IMG/VR virus record: IMGVR_UViG_3300020049_013434
Span: 30,451 to 94,450 of that record
DNA: 64,000 bases
Source: a virus
Lineage: Duplodnaviria; Caudoviricetes
Strand: one strand, 5' to 3'
Part shown: piece by piece, positions 1 through 9,894 of the stretch
Layout: every line of letters begins with the position of its first letter
Position numbering within the stretch: the first letter of the stretch is position 1
Program-made: the position numbers and the translations under genes
The notes under the pieces: generated by a model
What the model was told of the DNA's origin: nothing
Database searches by the model: none
What the model saw: the letters and a program-made list of their open reading frames with translations, nothing else

Positions 1-686
1 GTGTTGCTGGTCTGCGCCTTGGCGATACGATCGAAGTCGCGCTGGTACTGATCCGCCATCTTCGTGACGCGCTTGCCCATGTCCTCGGCTTGATCGATCA
101 TTGACGGGTCGATAATGGTTCGCTTGCGACCGAGCGATTGCAGAGATTCGTCGAGGACGCCCAGGCGCGCCCGCAAATTCTCGAAGGTCTGCGCAGCCTG
201 TTGATTGCCGGACATAGTGGACAGACGGGCGTCTGCCTCCCTGAGCACATCTTCGATCACGCGCCGAGAAGCGCCGACCTGTTCCTTTAGCTGACTCTTT
301 AGGGCGCTTATATCAGGACCCGCGGGAACGATTGGCTTGGCAGCCAGTGCGGCATTTTGCGCCTGTAGATCCTTGAGCTCCTGGCGGAGCTCCTTGACTT
401 CCTGCGTGGTCGTATTGAGCGCTTCAGCCGAAGAGACCGCCATCTTGTTAATGGCAGCCTGTGCGGTGTTGCTCTCCTTCTGAATGCCGTCAGCCAAGCC
501 GGCGCCACCCAGTGACTTTTTGATTCGCTCAAGTGTAGCGCCAACGTCAGAGCCCGCCTTCTTGAGCGTAGGCGCCATCTCGGCAAACTCGCGCAGAATC
601 TCATTGACGCGCTTCATGTGGTCCTCGAAGGACGAGAACCCAAGAACTTCTACATCTACGCCTAAGCGATCAACTGATTCTGTCAT
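1..686 (-). CDS. Tail tape measure protein, N-terminal part (runs off the window)
   Basis: Open minus frame from ATG 686 (MTESVDRLGVDVEVLGFSSFEDHMKRVNEILREF...) to the window edge. Ala/Gln/Lys-rich and helical; lies after tail chaperones; ATGA overlap with the upstream gene. Not in the ORF track because it has no stop in the window. Confidence 0.75.
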   Translation of the reverse strand, partial: MTESVDRLGVDVEVLGFSSFEDHMKRVNEILREFAEMAPTLKKAGSDVGATLERIKKSLGGAGLADGIQKESNTAQAAINKMAVSSAEALNTTTQEVKELRQELKDLQAQNAALAAKPIVPAGPDISALKSQLKEQVGASRRVIEDVLREADARLSTMSGNQQAAQTFENLRARLGVLDESLQSLGRKRTIIDPSMIDQAEDMGKRVTKMADQYQRDFDRIAKAQTSN

Positions 687-1141
687 GCTTTCATGGCCGC
701 TTTCACGTTTTCCAAGAACGTATCCAGGCGATTCTGGACGATTGATTTACCAAACTCACGCGCCACAATGCCTCTAGCGGCGGCTCTTGCCGGTTCGTAG
801 TCGAAGTAGGCAACTGCCCGATTGCCGCCAGAGGCATTAGAATACAGCGATCCTGGACGCGTTCTTGAAACAAAGGAGCGATGCATTACCGCATAGCGTC
901 GATCGGTGCCACGGTCGACGTACATAAAAATATCGGCATTCACACCGCGTGCATATATGTTAAAGCGGAGATCTTGATCAGAGTTATTCTCGACCGAGAA
1001 GTCCACCTTTGTATTCCAGTTGTCGACAACCTTCTCGTAATCTTCGCACACAAGGTCGGCTGTCTGTTGGGCGACACGACGCAGACTGGTGACAATCTCG
1101 TCTGGATTACGCCGCTTTCCCTGTTTGTACGTTACCTTCAT
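683..1141 (-). CDS. Tail completion / HK97 gp10-like neck protein
   Basis: 152 aa with YVDRGT motif and C-terminal GIVAREF, resembling gp10-like proteins; tail module position. Confidence 0.5.
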   Translation of the reverse strand: MKVTYKQGKRRNPDEIVTSLRRVAQQTADLVCEDYEKVVDNWNTKVDFSVENNSDQDLRFNIYARGVNADIFMYVDRGTDRRYAVMHRSFVSRTRPGSLYSNASGGNRAVAYFDYEPARAAARGIVAREFGKSIVQNRLDTFLENVKAAMKA

Positions 1142-1595
1142 TGGCTAGCTCGACCAATCTGCCACGACGACCGCGTGGCGCCGGCTTGTCCTCAGCCTTG
1201 CTCTCAACGCCCATGGCGACGGTGCTTACCGCGGCAATAAATTCCTCATTGGTCATGCCGACATAGCGAATATAGACCGCTTCCAGATACTCCTGGAAGA
1301 TCAGGTCGTCAGCAACGACGCCGTACAAATCGGAATGGCGTCGAATCCGTCCAGGAATTGGATCAGGCGGCAGGGGGCTCATGAGCCGGCAAGAGCACTC
1401 GACAATATACATAAGATAGCGCTCGTTGCCACGCCAGACTTCCATGAGGTCGCGCGGGTTCACGTCCTTGCCCGTCGACAAGCGTTCTGCCTTCTCAGGG
1501 TCAAAGATACTGGCCGCACGTAGCATATCCGACTCCGCCATGCGGGTTACTTCAACAACAACACCATTGTCTAGTTCAATCGTGGATGGGTTCAT
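1107..1595 (-). CDS. Putative tail assembly chaperone (paralog of 1592-2344)
   Basis: Lies between tube genes and tape measure; shares IELxxGxxVE start and C-x-L-xx-PLP motif with the next ORF. Confidence 0.5.
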   Translation of the reverse strand: MNPSTIELDNGVVVEVTRMAESDMLRAASIFDPEKAERLSTGKDVNPRDLMEVWRGNERYLMYIVECSCRLMSPLPPDPIPGRIRRHSDLYGVVADDLIFQEYLEAVYIRYVGMTNEEFIAAVSTVAMGVESKAEDKPAPRGRRGRLVELANEGNVQTGKAA

Positions 1596-2344
1596 TTTGG
1601 GCTCTTCCTATTACTATTCTTCTCGGCCTCAGCCTGTTGGGCATCATTGCGGTGCATGTCAATCAACTTGCGCACCCGATTAATCCCAATGACCTCGACC
1701 ATAAACCGTTTCTCGTACTTGCCCTGGCGCCAGTCAGCCCAGGACATGCCTGAATCGATACATGACTCGTACTCGTCTATCGGCGACACGATCTGATAGG
1801 TGCCAATTGTGATAGCCTGGCTACCAATGCCCGTGTCGATACTGTAGCGAGTATGGGCTTCGTCAATGTATTCGCCGTTGCGTAAGATACCGAGCAGCCT
1901 GACTGCCTCGCGAATCTCCGCCTCTGTAATTACCGTGGCTGCGATAATGCGTTCCATATCGACGGAGCCACGCATGCACTCGACCGCCAAGTAGAGCAGC
2001 GCCAAGTCGTCCGGGTCGTCGAGATTCAGGTTGTCGATCAGATCCTTAGCGATACCGTAACGCTTTACCCGCCGAAACCAGGAGTCGTCCTGCGGCAACG
2101 GCGTTAGTAACTTGCATCCTAACCGAACCAGCTCAACGCCGACCATCTCCGATCGTTGCATGGCGACGCGGCGTTGAGCTGCGATATAGTCCGGGTGCAT
2201 GGGATTGTCCTCCCAGCGGTCCTGCGATTTGATGTACGACTTGGGCACTGGTGGGTCGGGTATGCGGGCTTGCGCACGGCGCAGCTCAAGTGCCGACACT
2301 GTGCGGGTTTCAACCTGCGCACCAGACCCAAGTTCGATAATCAT
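1592..2344 (-). CDS. Putative tail assembly chaperone
   Basis: Immediately downstream of the tube-like genes; 250 aa, helical. Confidence 0.5.
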   Translation of the reverse strand: MIIELGSGAQVETRTVSALELRRAQARIPDPPVPKSYIKSQDRWEDNPMHPDYIAAQRRVAMQRSEMVGVELVRLGCKLLTPLPQDDSWFRRVKRYGIAKDLIDNLNLDDPDDLALLYLAVECMRGSVDMERIIAATVITEAEIREAVRLLGILRNGEYIDEAHTRYSIDTGIGSQAITIGTYQIVSPIDEYESCIDSGMSWADWRQGKYEKRFMVEVIGINRVRKLIDMHRNDAQQAEAEKNSNRKSPK

Positions 2345-2346
2345 GC

Positions 2347-3864
2347 TTAGCCCGCTGTCCCCAAGACAACCAGAGGGGTATCAGGGTCCGGGTCAACGCC
2401 TTCGACGACGCCGTATGCCCACACGAGGTTCGGGTTCTCCTCACAGCAAGCAACCCCGTTGAATGTGCCCATGTTGCGCATGGCAAGCTGGGAAACGGCG
2501 TTGTCGGTATTGGGCTCGTAGACCCAGGTCACACCACCGTCAATGCTGCGGTACAGAATGCTGCCGGCAATCATCCACATGACATGTTGATTGCTCATGC
2601 ACAGACCGGCGACAATCGGCGGCGTGCTGGCGTTGTAGCCAGGGAAGCAAACGCGAGTCCAGGTCAATCCGGCATCCGCCGTCATCCACAGGTTGCCCGC
2701 AGCCCCACCAACGATCCAGTTGTTGGCAGACTTTACGATCACCGTGTTCAGGTTGGCGTTGACCGGCACCGAAGCCGACTGCGCCAGGCTGCTGCCGAGG
2801 CGGTAGACATAGACAGCGCCGGCATTGCCGACCGCCACTACCACACCGTCGTTGGCGTGCATGCCGTTGAAGGTCACGGTGCCAGCGTCGTCGAGCAGGG
2901 TGATACCGCAGCTCGGATCATTGCGATCTGCCGTGCGATACAGTGCGCCGTCGCTATTGAGAATCAGGGTGGCGCCAATGTTGGCTCCCACGCCGTCCGC
3001 AATCGCCTTGACGGTGAAGTTGTAATCGCTCGTGCGCCACAGCCAGGCCGTGCTAGCGGCAATCGCGCCAGAAGCAATCAGGTCGATATGCGCCCGGCTG
3101 ATCGAGGTCACGACACCATCGGCGTAGACAACGGTAACACTATTACCAGAGCAGATAATGTCGAAGGCGCCGACGCCACGATTGGCGGCCGGAATCTGAA
3201 TGTCGGTCCAGGTCGCGCCGTTGTCCGTGCTGTATTCGATATAGTGGTCGTCAGTAAAGACATACACTTTGTCGCAGCCACGGGAGGGCGGGCACATGTC
3301 GCTGGCGCAGGTCTTGCGTCCGCAAACGGCAATGCCGACAGGCGCACCCTCTGCGGTCAAGCCAGTCTGGCGCTGGGCATAGATCAGGCGGCTCTTAATC
3401 TGGAAGAACTCGCCAATCGACACGTCAATCGTTTCGTTGACGGTGCCGCGATCAGCGCTCTGCATAGCCAACACTGGGTCAGTGCCCCAGTTGGTGACAT
3501 ACACATTACGCAAAACCCAGGCGATACTGTACTCGTTGAAGTTATCCAGGTTGGCGCAGGCGCCCCAGTGGATATGGGCGTCAACAGGACATTCGCCGTC
3601 GAACATGTCGCGGAAGAGACTGAGCTCAGTCAGACTCAGGCGACCCGTGAAGGTCGTAGTCATGCGGCCGATTTCACCGCGGAAGACCCCGATCTCCTTG
3701 TACCCTGCCCCATTGGGATTCGGGCACTCAATCTTGTTCACCTCGCCGCCATCCTGTGTCAGCCCATCGATACCCACGCAGGCGACATAGACGGCTTCAG
3801 CCGTGCCGTCGCCGGGACCGCGGGTCATCAGGAAGAGGCGAGCTCGATCGTTAGTTGCGATCAT
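2347..3864 (-). CDS. Tail tube-like domain fused to BNR/Asp-box beta-propeller (paralog 4)
   Basis: N-terminal ~155 aa shared with three neighbours; Asp-boxes STDNGATW, TADAGLTW, SIDGGVTW. Confidence 0.65.
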   Translation of the reverse strand: MIATNDRARLFLMTRGPGDGTAEAVYVACVGIDGLTQDGGEVNKIECPNPNGAGYKEIGVFRGEIGRMTTTFTGRLSLTELSLFRDMFDGECPVDAHIHWGACANLDNFNEYSIAWVLRNVYVTNWGTDPVLAMQSADRGTVNETIDVSIGEFFQIKSRLIYAQRQTGLTAEGAPVGIAVCGRKTCASDMCPPSRGCDKVYVFTDDHYIEYSTDNGATWTDIQIPAANRGVGAFDIICSGNSVTVVYADGVVTSISRAHIDLIASGAIAASTAWLWRTSDYNFTVKAIADGVGANIGATLILNSDGALYRTADRNDPSCGITLLDDAGTVTFNGMHANDGVVVAVGNAGAVYVYRLGSSLAQSASVPVNANLNTVIVKSANNWIVGGAAGNLWMTADAGLTWTRVCFPGYNASTPPIVAGLCMSNQHVMWMIAGSILYRSIDGGVTWVYEPNTDNAVSQLAMRNMGTFNGVACCEENPNLVWAYGVVEGVDPDPDTPLVVLGTAG

Positions 3865-3876
3865 TGAAAATGCTCC

Positions 3877-5433
3877 TTAACAAATTTGGCTAGACACAAG
3901 AATTCCCTTGTCGGTATCGGCAACAAGCTCGCATGCGTGCTGGCAGCCACCCTCCGCGCAGTCTTCCGGTGTCGTCAACGTAACTCGCCCAGTCGCTACG
4001 AAAACATTTGGATCGTGCGAACAAACCGTCAGGCCGTGCCAAAAGCCCAGGTCTGGATTCACACCCCAAATATAATCGTCAACCAGGTCCCAAGTCGCTC
4101 CGCCGTCAATGGTTCGATACACTCGACAAGGGCTGCGCGTCAAGTAGTACCCAACATTTTTGGTCGAGAACTTTATGTCAACAATGGGAGACGCGCTATT
4201 GACCACGGTGCGCCAGGTTCGCCCGGCGTCCGTCGTGCAGTGCAGCCCGCCCCCACAGGTTGCAACAAACCATTCGTCGGAATTGCGCATAACCACAGCG
4301 CTGATCTGGCAGGTATCGTCAACACCAGCCAGCGTCAAGCAGTCAATGGTAGAGATAACGCCATTCCGGTAAGCGCTGATTGAGCCAAGCACGGAGCCGA
4401 GCAAGAAGTTGTTCTCGTCGACCATGCTCATGAACTCCCAGAAGCCGGACACGCCCAGCGGCTCCTGCGTAATCGACAGCGAGTCCGTATTGACTGCGGT
4501 CAGCGTGCCGCTATCGTCAAGCACCCACAGCTTGCCGCCAGCGATATGTACGGCGTTAATCTGGGTGCTAATCTCAATGCGCCGATACTCGCTTAGCTCC
4601 CCGTCGTCAAAGTCGCTCAGGGGAATACGGTAGATCGCGCCGGCATGGTCGTCCGCCTCGTTGCCAATGACAAAGAGCGCCTTGCCACTACAGGCAATAT
4701 GGAACGAGTGCAGCGGCGCGCTCAGCATGTTGAAGGTCGGTATAGTGAAGGCGTAGTCGCGCCACACAATGCCACCGTCTGTCGAGCGCATAATGGTAAT
4801 GTTGTTTCCGTTGAAATCCGGATCGCCATTGAAGCGCCAGGCGTAGAATGTACTGCAAGGCACCAGGCAGTCCGTGGCGCAGCCTTCTGGGCATGTGGTG
4901 ACCGCAGCCACCACGCCCTGCTGCGTCTGCCCTCTCGCCACTTCCAAGAGCTTCACGCAGAAGACTTCGTAGATATTAGCCGCCGCCAGATTCACCGTTT
5001 CCATGACCGGTGCGGTTTCTCCGCTATTGAGTGCGCCCAGGTTATCGACGTTGTAGCCGCTGAAGGTAGCGTCCTCGATAATGATTGCTGACTCGTAGCT
5101 GCCGAAGTCACTCAGATCAACACAGGTCCCGAAGTGGACCTGCACGTCGATTGGCGTCTTGCGGCGTGAAAGCCGTTGTAGTACAGAGCGAGCGCCAAGG
5201 ATCTTGTAGCCGGCCAGGCTCGTGTTCCAGGGTGACTCGTCGCCGCGGTAGGAATCCACTTGCTCAAACTCGCCGCCAATGTCGCCAGGGCAGTAGATTG
5301 GGGTGACTTCGCCGAAGCTCTTATCGACGCCACCCATTTTCATACAGTTGTAATACACATATTCCCGGCCGCAACCGGCGCCCTTCTCAGCGATAAAGAC
5401 ACGGGCGTTGCTATTGAGCAGAATGTTATCCAT
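3877..5433 (-). CDS. Tail tube-like domain fused to BNR/Asp-box beta-propeller (paralog 3)
   Basis: Asp-boxes STDGGIVW, TTDAGRTW, TIDGGATW; conserved N-domain (QVHFGTC, LGALNSGETAPVMET). Confidence 0.65.
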   Translation of the reverse strand: MDNILLNSNARVFIAEKGAGCGREYVYYNCMKMGGVDKSFGEVTPIYCPGDIGGEFEQVDSYRGDESPWNTSLAGYKILGARSVLQRLSRRKTPIDVQVHFGTCVDLSDFGSYESAIIIEDATFSGYNVDNLGALNSGETAPVMETVNLAAANIYEVFCVKLLEVARGQTQQGVVAAVTTCPEGCATDCLVPCSTFYAWRFNGDPDFNGNNITIMRSTDGGIVWRDYAFTIPTFNMLSAPLHSFHIACSGKALFVIGNEADDHAGAIYRIPLSDFDDGELSEYRRIEISTQINAVHIAGGKLWVLDDSGTLTAVNTDSLSITQEPLGVSGFWEFMSMVDENNFLLGSVLGSISAYRNGVISTIDCLTLAGVDDTCQISAVVMRNSDEWFVATCGGGLHCTTDAGRTWRTVVNSASPIVDIKFSTKNVGYYLTRSPCRVYRTIDGGATWDLVDDYIWGVNPDLGFWHGLTVCSHDPNVFVATGRVTLTTPEDCAEGGCQHACELVADTDKGILVSSQIC

Positions 5434-6983
5434 TAGATCCCCGTCAAAATAAAGCCGTCGATACCGACCAGAGTCATTTCAAGCGCCAGTCCATGTAGGG
5501 TTGAGTTCGCTGCCGTGTAGCCAACCGCAACAAAGGTGGTCGGCTCCTCCGGGCAGACGGCTAAGTCATGCATGACTGAGTACTGGGTCAGGCTCGCTGC
5601 GTCATCGTTCATTTGCTCCCACTCGGCGCCACCGTCTGACGTGACCCAGATCTCGCCAGGATTGCGCAGCGTGATATAGCCACGATTTTTGGCTGGGAAG
5701 CGAATGCTGCGCACCGATCCTTCGCCGCGGGAGAACGAGCGAGCCCAGGTCAACCCGGCGTTGCGCGTGCAGTAGACGTCGCCCTCGTCCGTGCCGACCA
5801 TCCAGTCAGTCAACGTCTTCATGGCGACGGCAGTAATATCGATTGACAGCGTGCCGTCCGGCGTAACAACAGGCACCTGTCGCAGTCCCTCGCCAGCCTT
5901 GCGGTGAGCCAAGGTGCCCGTCGCACCACCGACAATCAGGTTGTCGCGGTCAACGCCGTCAATGTCGTTCCACTGATTCGAGAACAGCACGTCGTCTTCA
6001 ACCAGATTAACCGCCAGGTTCTGCGGGTTGAACCAGAACACCTTGCCGTTCTCCGTCGCTGCATACACGCGTCCGCCAATCTCGTGCAGTCTGGTTATGG
6101 TCACGCCGGTCGACAATAGGTTAAAAGAGACGACCGGTTCGCTATTGAGCGCCGTCACAGGAATGGACATGACTGTGCCATTACCACTGGCGTTGTTGTT
6201 CATACAAAAGACCAGGTGGTCGCCCGCGGCCGCCATCCAGAACGAATTAATCAGCTCGCCGGAGTTCGGAAAGCCGCCTGGCAGCTCATGGCGGGTCCAG
6301 GTTAATCCACCGTCTACGCTCGCCAATATATATAGGTGATCATAGGCGTCGTTGTTGGTGTAGCTATAGGGCAACTGCAGGGCGTAGAAGTTCTTACCAA
6401 ACTCGCGCCCGGTTTCCCAGTTGTAGTAGCTGTGAGCAACGCCCACGATTTGCCCACCAGCCGGCGCCACATTGCTGCCGACGCGCGCCAGCTCAACGGC
6501 GAATAGCTCGTAGACCCGTGCGGCCGTGATATTAATGGTCTCCATAATGGGCGCTGTCTCACCGCTATTCAGGGCGCCCAGGCTATCGGCGGAGTAGTTG
6601 TTGACATCCACGTCCTCAAAGACCAGGGCTGTCTCGTACTGCCCAAAGTCGCTCAGATTGGCACAGCTCCCAAAGTGAAGCTGCAGATCAAAGATTTGGC
6701 GGTTGCTATACAGGCGGTGCAACAGTGACGGCGTGTTTGCCGGCTTGTAACCCATGATTGAACTCGACCATGGCTCTTGCTGCTCGCGAATCACCGCTAT
6801 CTGCCTGTTTCGTCCGGGTCGACTACGGTCGGGCAGGTAAATCGGCGACAGGTCAGCCCCGGCTTGCTCCAGGTTGCCCATCTTGCCGCAGGCATAATAC
6901 GCATATTCATCGCCGCACCCGGCGCCTTCCTCGGCGACGAATATGCGGGAGTTGCTATTGAGCAGGAATGTGTTCTCAGCCAT
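5433..6983 (-). CDS. Tail tube-like domain fused to BNR/Asp-box beta-propeller (paralog 2)
   Basis: Asp-boxes SVDGGLTW, TRNAGLTW, TSDGGAEW; conserved N-domain. Confidence 0.65.
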   Translation of the reverse strand: MAENTFLLNSNSRIFVAEEGAGCGDEYAYYACGKMGNLEQAGADLSPIYLPDRSRPGRNRQIAVIREQQEPWSSSIMGYKPANTPSLLHRLYSNRQIFDLQLHFGSCANLSDFGQYETALVFEDVDVNNYSADSLGALNSGETAPIMETINITAARVYELFAVELARVGSNVAPAGGQIVGVAHSYYNWETGREFGKNFYALQLPYSYTNNDAYDHLYILASVDGGLTWTRHELPGGFPNSGELINSFWMAAAGDHLVFCMNNNASGNGTVMSIPVTALNSEPVVSFNLLSTGVTITRLHEIGGRVYAATENGKVFWFNPQNLAVNLVEDDVLFSNQWNDIDGVDRDNLIVGGATGTLAHRKAGEGLRQVPVVTPDGTLSIDITAVAMKTLTDWMVGTDEGDVYCTRNAGLTWARSFSRGEGSVRSIRFPAKNRGYITLRNPGEIWVTSDGGAEWEQMNDDAASLTQYSVMHDLAVCPEEPTTFVAVGYTAANSTLHGLALEMTLVGIDGFILTGI

Positions 6984-8512
6984 TAGTCCCCAATAATCAC
7001 AAAGCCTGACAGGTCACCATAGGACACCGCAGTTTCAGACGCGTAGTAAGCGCTCTCGTCGTCTGCCGTATGTCCAACCGCCACAAAGATCGTTGGGTCA
7101 AGTGGGCAGGCGACAAAGTCCTTCATGAGTGAGTAGGTCGATAAGCCCGTCGTCACTGCCTCGATCTGGGTCCACTGCGATCCGCCGTCCGAAGTCGTGT
7201 AGACGTTGGCAGGGCTGTGTAGCACGATATAGCCCCGGCTGTTGGTCGGGAAAAGCACACGACGCACAACGGAACCCTGGCTGGTGAAAATCAGACTCCA
7301 GGTAACACCAGCGTCACTCGTGCAGTAGACGGCGCCATTCTCCGTCCCAATGACCCAGTCGTCCCGCCCCTTCATAGCGACAGCCGTAATGTCGTCGGCA
7401 ATGGGCGACCCGTCGATATTGATCGGCACCGTGCGCAGACTCGTACCATTGCGCCGTACTGCTAACGTCCCTGAGTCGCCAACGACTAGGAAGTTGTCGT
7501 AGTCTAGTCCGTCAAAGTCATTCCAGCGATTGGTGTACAGTGAGCCGTCCTCAATATAGTAGACCGCCATGGTTGACGGCCGCACCCAAAAGACCTTGCC
7601 GTTTTCAGTAACGCCGTACACGCGAGAGCGCATACGCTTCAGGCGGGTAACCATAGCGCCCAGCGTAACCGTGTTGTTATACTCGGTTGTTGCAGCGTCG
7701 AGCCTTGTGACCGGAATGCCATACAGGACACCTGTGGCGTCGCCAGACAGAATGATATGATTATTGGCGACGGCAATGTTGAGCGAGTCGCTGTACTCTT
7801 CCGGTATAGCAGCCGGTGCGTCGGTTTCGTGGCGGGTCCAGCTTAGCCCACCGTCGTTGCTGGCAAGGATATAAAAGAACGATTCATCCTCGACGAAAGT
7901 CAGCGGCAATTGTAGAGCATAGAAGTTCTGGCAAGCCTCAGCGTCGCCGTTGACACAGTCGTAGGGGCTATAGGCGACGGCCGGCACCTGACCACCCAGG
8001 GCAACCTGATTGCCGGCTGCGTGAACCAACCCAACCGTAAACAGTTCGTAGACGTTGGCGGCGGTTATATTGACTGTCTCCATGACGGGCGCAGTTTCGC
8101 TACTATTGAGCGCCCCCAGTCCGTCAATGTTGTAGCTGGAAATCTCGACGTTCTCGAAGACGAGCGCCTGCTCAAAGTCGGAGAAGTTGCTGAGATCGTT
8201 GCATACGCCAAAGTGAACCTGTAGGTCGAACTTGCAGCGTTCGCGCGCCAGCCGTGCCAGGACAGAAGGCATGCCGGCCGGCTTGTAGCCGGTGATTGTG
8301 CTGGTCCAGGCACCGTCGCTTGCCTTCACGACCTGCACCTGGCGGAAGCGCCCAGCCTTGGACGGATCGGGGCAGTAGATCGGCGTTGTTTCGCCGGCGC
8401 TACGGTCGAGACCGCCCATCTTCATACAGGTGTAGTAGTTATAGTGCTTGCCGCAGCCAGAGCCTGCCGGTGCAATAAAAATACGAGCATGGCTCGTTAG
8501 CATATATGCCAT
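6983..8512 (-). CDS. Tail tube-like domain fused to BNR/Asp-box beta-propeller (paralog 1)
   Basis: Asp-boxes SNDGGLSW, TSDAGVTW, TSDGGSQW; conserved N-domain. Confidence 0.65.
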   Translation of the reverse strand: MAYMLTSHARIFIAPAGSGCGKHYNYYTCMKMGGLDRSAGETTPIYCPDPSKAGRFRQVQVVKASDGAWTSTITGYKPAGMPSVLARLARERCKFDLQVHFGVCNDLSNFSDFEQALVFENVEISSYNIDGLGALNSSETAPVMETVNITAANVYELFTVGLVHAAGNQVALGGQVPAVAYSPYDCVNGDAEACQNFYALQLPLTFVEDESFFYILASNDGGLSWTRHETDAPAAIPEEYSDSLNIAVANNHIILSGDATGVLYGIPVTRLDAATTEYNNTVTLGAMVTRLKRMRSRVYGVTENGKVFWVRPSTMAVYYIEDGSLYTNRWNDFDGLDYDNFLVVGDSGTLAVRRNGTSLRTVPINIDGSPIADDITAVAMKGRDDWVIGTENGAVYCTSDAGVTWSLIFTSQGSVVRRVLFPTNSRGYIVLHSPANVYTTSDGGSQWTQIEAVTTGLSTYSLMKDFVACPLDPTIFVAVGHTADDESAYYASETAVSYGDLSGFVIIGD

Positions 8513-9894
8513 TAAAACGCCCCCGTCGATACCATGCCGCCTGGCATCATATTCTTAATCTCAAGCGCCTTGCGGAAGGCGTCTACCTCACCCCGTCGTG
8601 TGCCGAATGGATTATCTGCCAGTTTCAACGTCAGGAAGTAAGACCCCTCGTTGCGGTTCGAGTAGTTCATGGTCGCCTGCAGCTCAGCAAAGCGGTCGGT
8701 GGTGCGGTCGCAGGTGCACTGGCAGACCGCCTTTGGTAGCCGTGCCGCCGCCAGCAATGCCACAATCTGCTCAGTCTCACTGCTATCAAAGCAGGTGCTG
8801 TCGCAACCGAAATCGCTGGTATAGCCGTGCCAGTAGTAAAGCTTAACAAAGTCCGGGTCGCGACTACAGGCTTGGCAATTGCCGTCCGTACACCACTGCT
8901 CTTCCTCTGCGTTCCATGTGCCACGCACTGCCTGCACAGCGCCTTTGACGCCGTAAGTATTGCCGACGACGCAGCCAGGGCAATAGCTCAACTGGCAAAT
9001 GTCACAGGAGCCGCAGGAGCAACCTGGGTTGCCACGCCAGCCAAACTGGGCTGCGGCTACAGTGCGGTCAAAATAGCGGCGCACCACGACCAGTTCCTCC
9101 GGGTAAGTCGCCGGCGAGAGTAGGTCGATAATCGGCGACATGTTGTTGTTCAGACAGATTCCGCAGTCAGCCGGCTCCTCGTAAAGCTCTGGACGAATGG
9201 CTACCCAAGGATCAATCTCAATACTGGCTATGCCGTCCGCAATCTCAATGCGCGGCGAGTGAATCTTGTAGGCTCGGTCGCAAACGTGACCGACGTGATA
9301 CACTTCAATCTCGCACTCAAGCACACAGGACTCGACCTCGACTTCAAGCAAAATGCGCTTCGGGCAGTCCACATTATTCTTGCTCGTATACAGGTCGCCG
9401 TTGCGATCGTAGATTTGCACCGGTACTGTGCCGAGCTCGGCGACCGACTGGCGACCCCAGGCTAAGACCGGCTCGTCATTGATCACGTAGAGCCCATTAG
9501 CCCTTCTTGTCTCAGCCCGTACTCGGCTACTGCTAGACGATGGCAGCTCGCCAAGATAAATGCTGCCGTAGGCGTAGTCACGGGCTGGTCCACAGCCACC
9601 GTTATAGGGCAGGATAACGCACTTCTCTTGCGGGTAGATCGGTATGCCCCAGAAGGCTGCCAAGTCACGCTCGGCTTCGGCGATCGCATTCGCCAGGTCA
9701 TCGCGCGTAACGACAGACGAACCGGCTTGGTGTGGACCTTGATACCAAAACTCATTGCAGCCAGTCATGCAGCCATAGTGGCAGACGGGCTCGAAGGTGG
9801 CGCCGTTGAAGGCTACTGGGTTGAGTCCAAAGATCTCGGCAAACCTATCGAGATCTAATACTTTTGACTTTTTCGAGAAACGACTCCAGGCCAT
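8512..9894 (-). CDS. Cys-rich head-tail adaptor/neck protein
   Basis: Start moved to ATG 9894 (GGAGG RBS upstream). LANAIAEAERDLAAFWG helix and C-terminal NPFGTRRG are adaptor-like; lies upstream of tube genes. Confidence 0.5.
   Translation of the reverse strand: MAWSRFSKKSKVLDLDRFAEIFGLNPVAFNGATFEPVCHYGCMTGCNEFWYQGPHQAGSSVVTRDDLANAIAEAERDLAAFWGIPIYPQEKCVILPYNGGCGPARDYAYGSIYLGELPSSSSSRVRAETRRANGLYVINDEPVLAWGRQSVAELGTVPVQIYDRNGDLYTSKNNVDCPKRILLEVEVESCVLECEIEVYHVGHVCDRAYKIHSPRIEIADGIASIEIDPWVAIRPELYEEPADCGICLNNNMSPIIDLLSPATYPEELVVVRRYFDRTVAAAQFGWRGNPGCSCGSCDICQLSYCPGCVVGNTYGVKGAVQAVRGTWNAEEEQWCTDGNCQACSRDPDFVKLYYWHGYTSDFGCDSTCFDSSETEQIVALLAAARLPKAVCQCTCDRTTDRFAELQATMNYSNRNEGSYFLTLKLADNPFGTRRGEVDAFRKALEIKNMMPGGMVSTGAF

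Noticed and set aside
2584-3867. 427-aa plus-strand ORF and similar antisense ORFs across the structural module
   Set aside because: Shadow frames of GC-rich minus-strand genes; no RBS or recognisable motifs
2347-8512. Diversity-generating retroelement acting on the paralogs
   Set aside because: No reverse transcriptase in the window and no TR/VR pair differing only at adenines was seen
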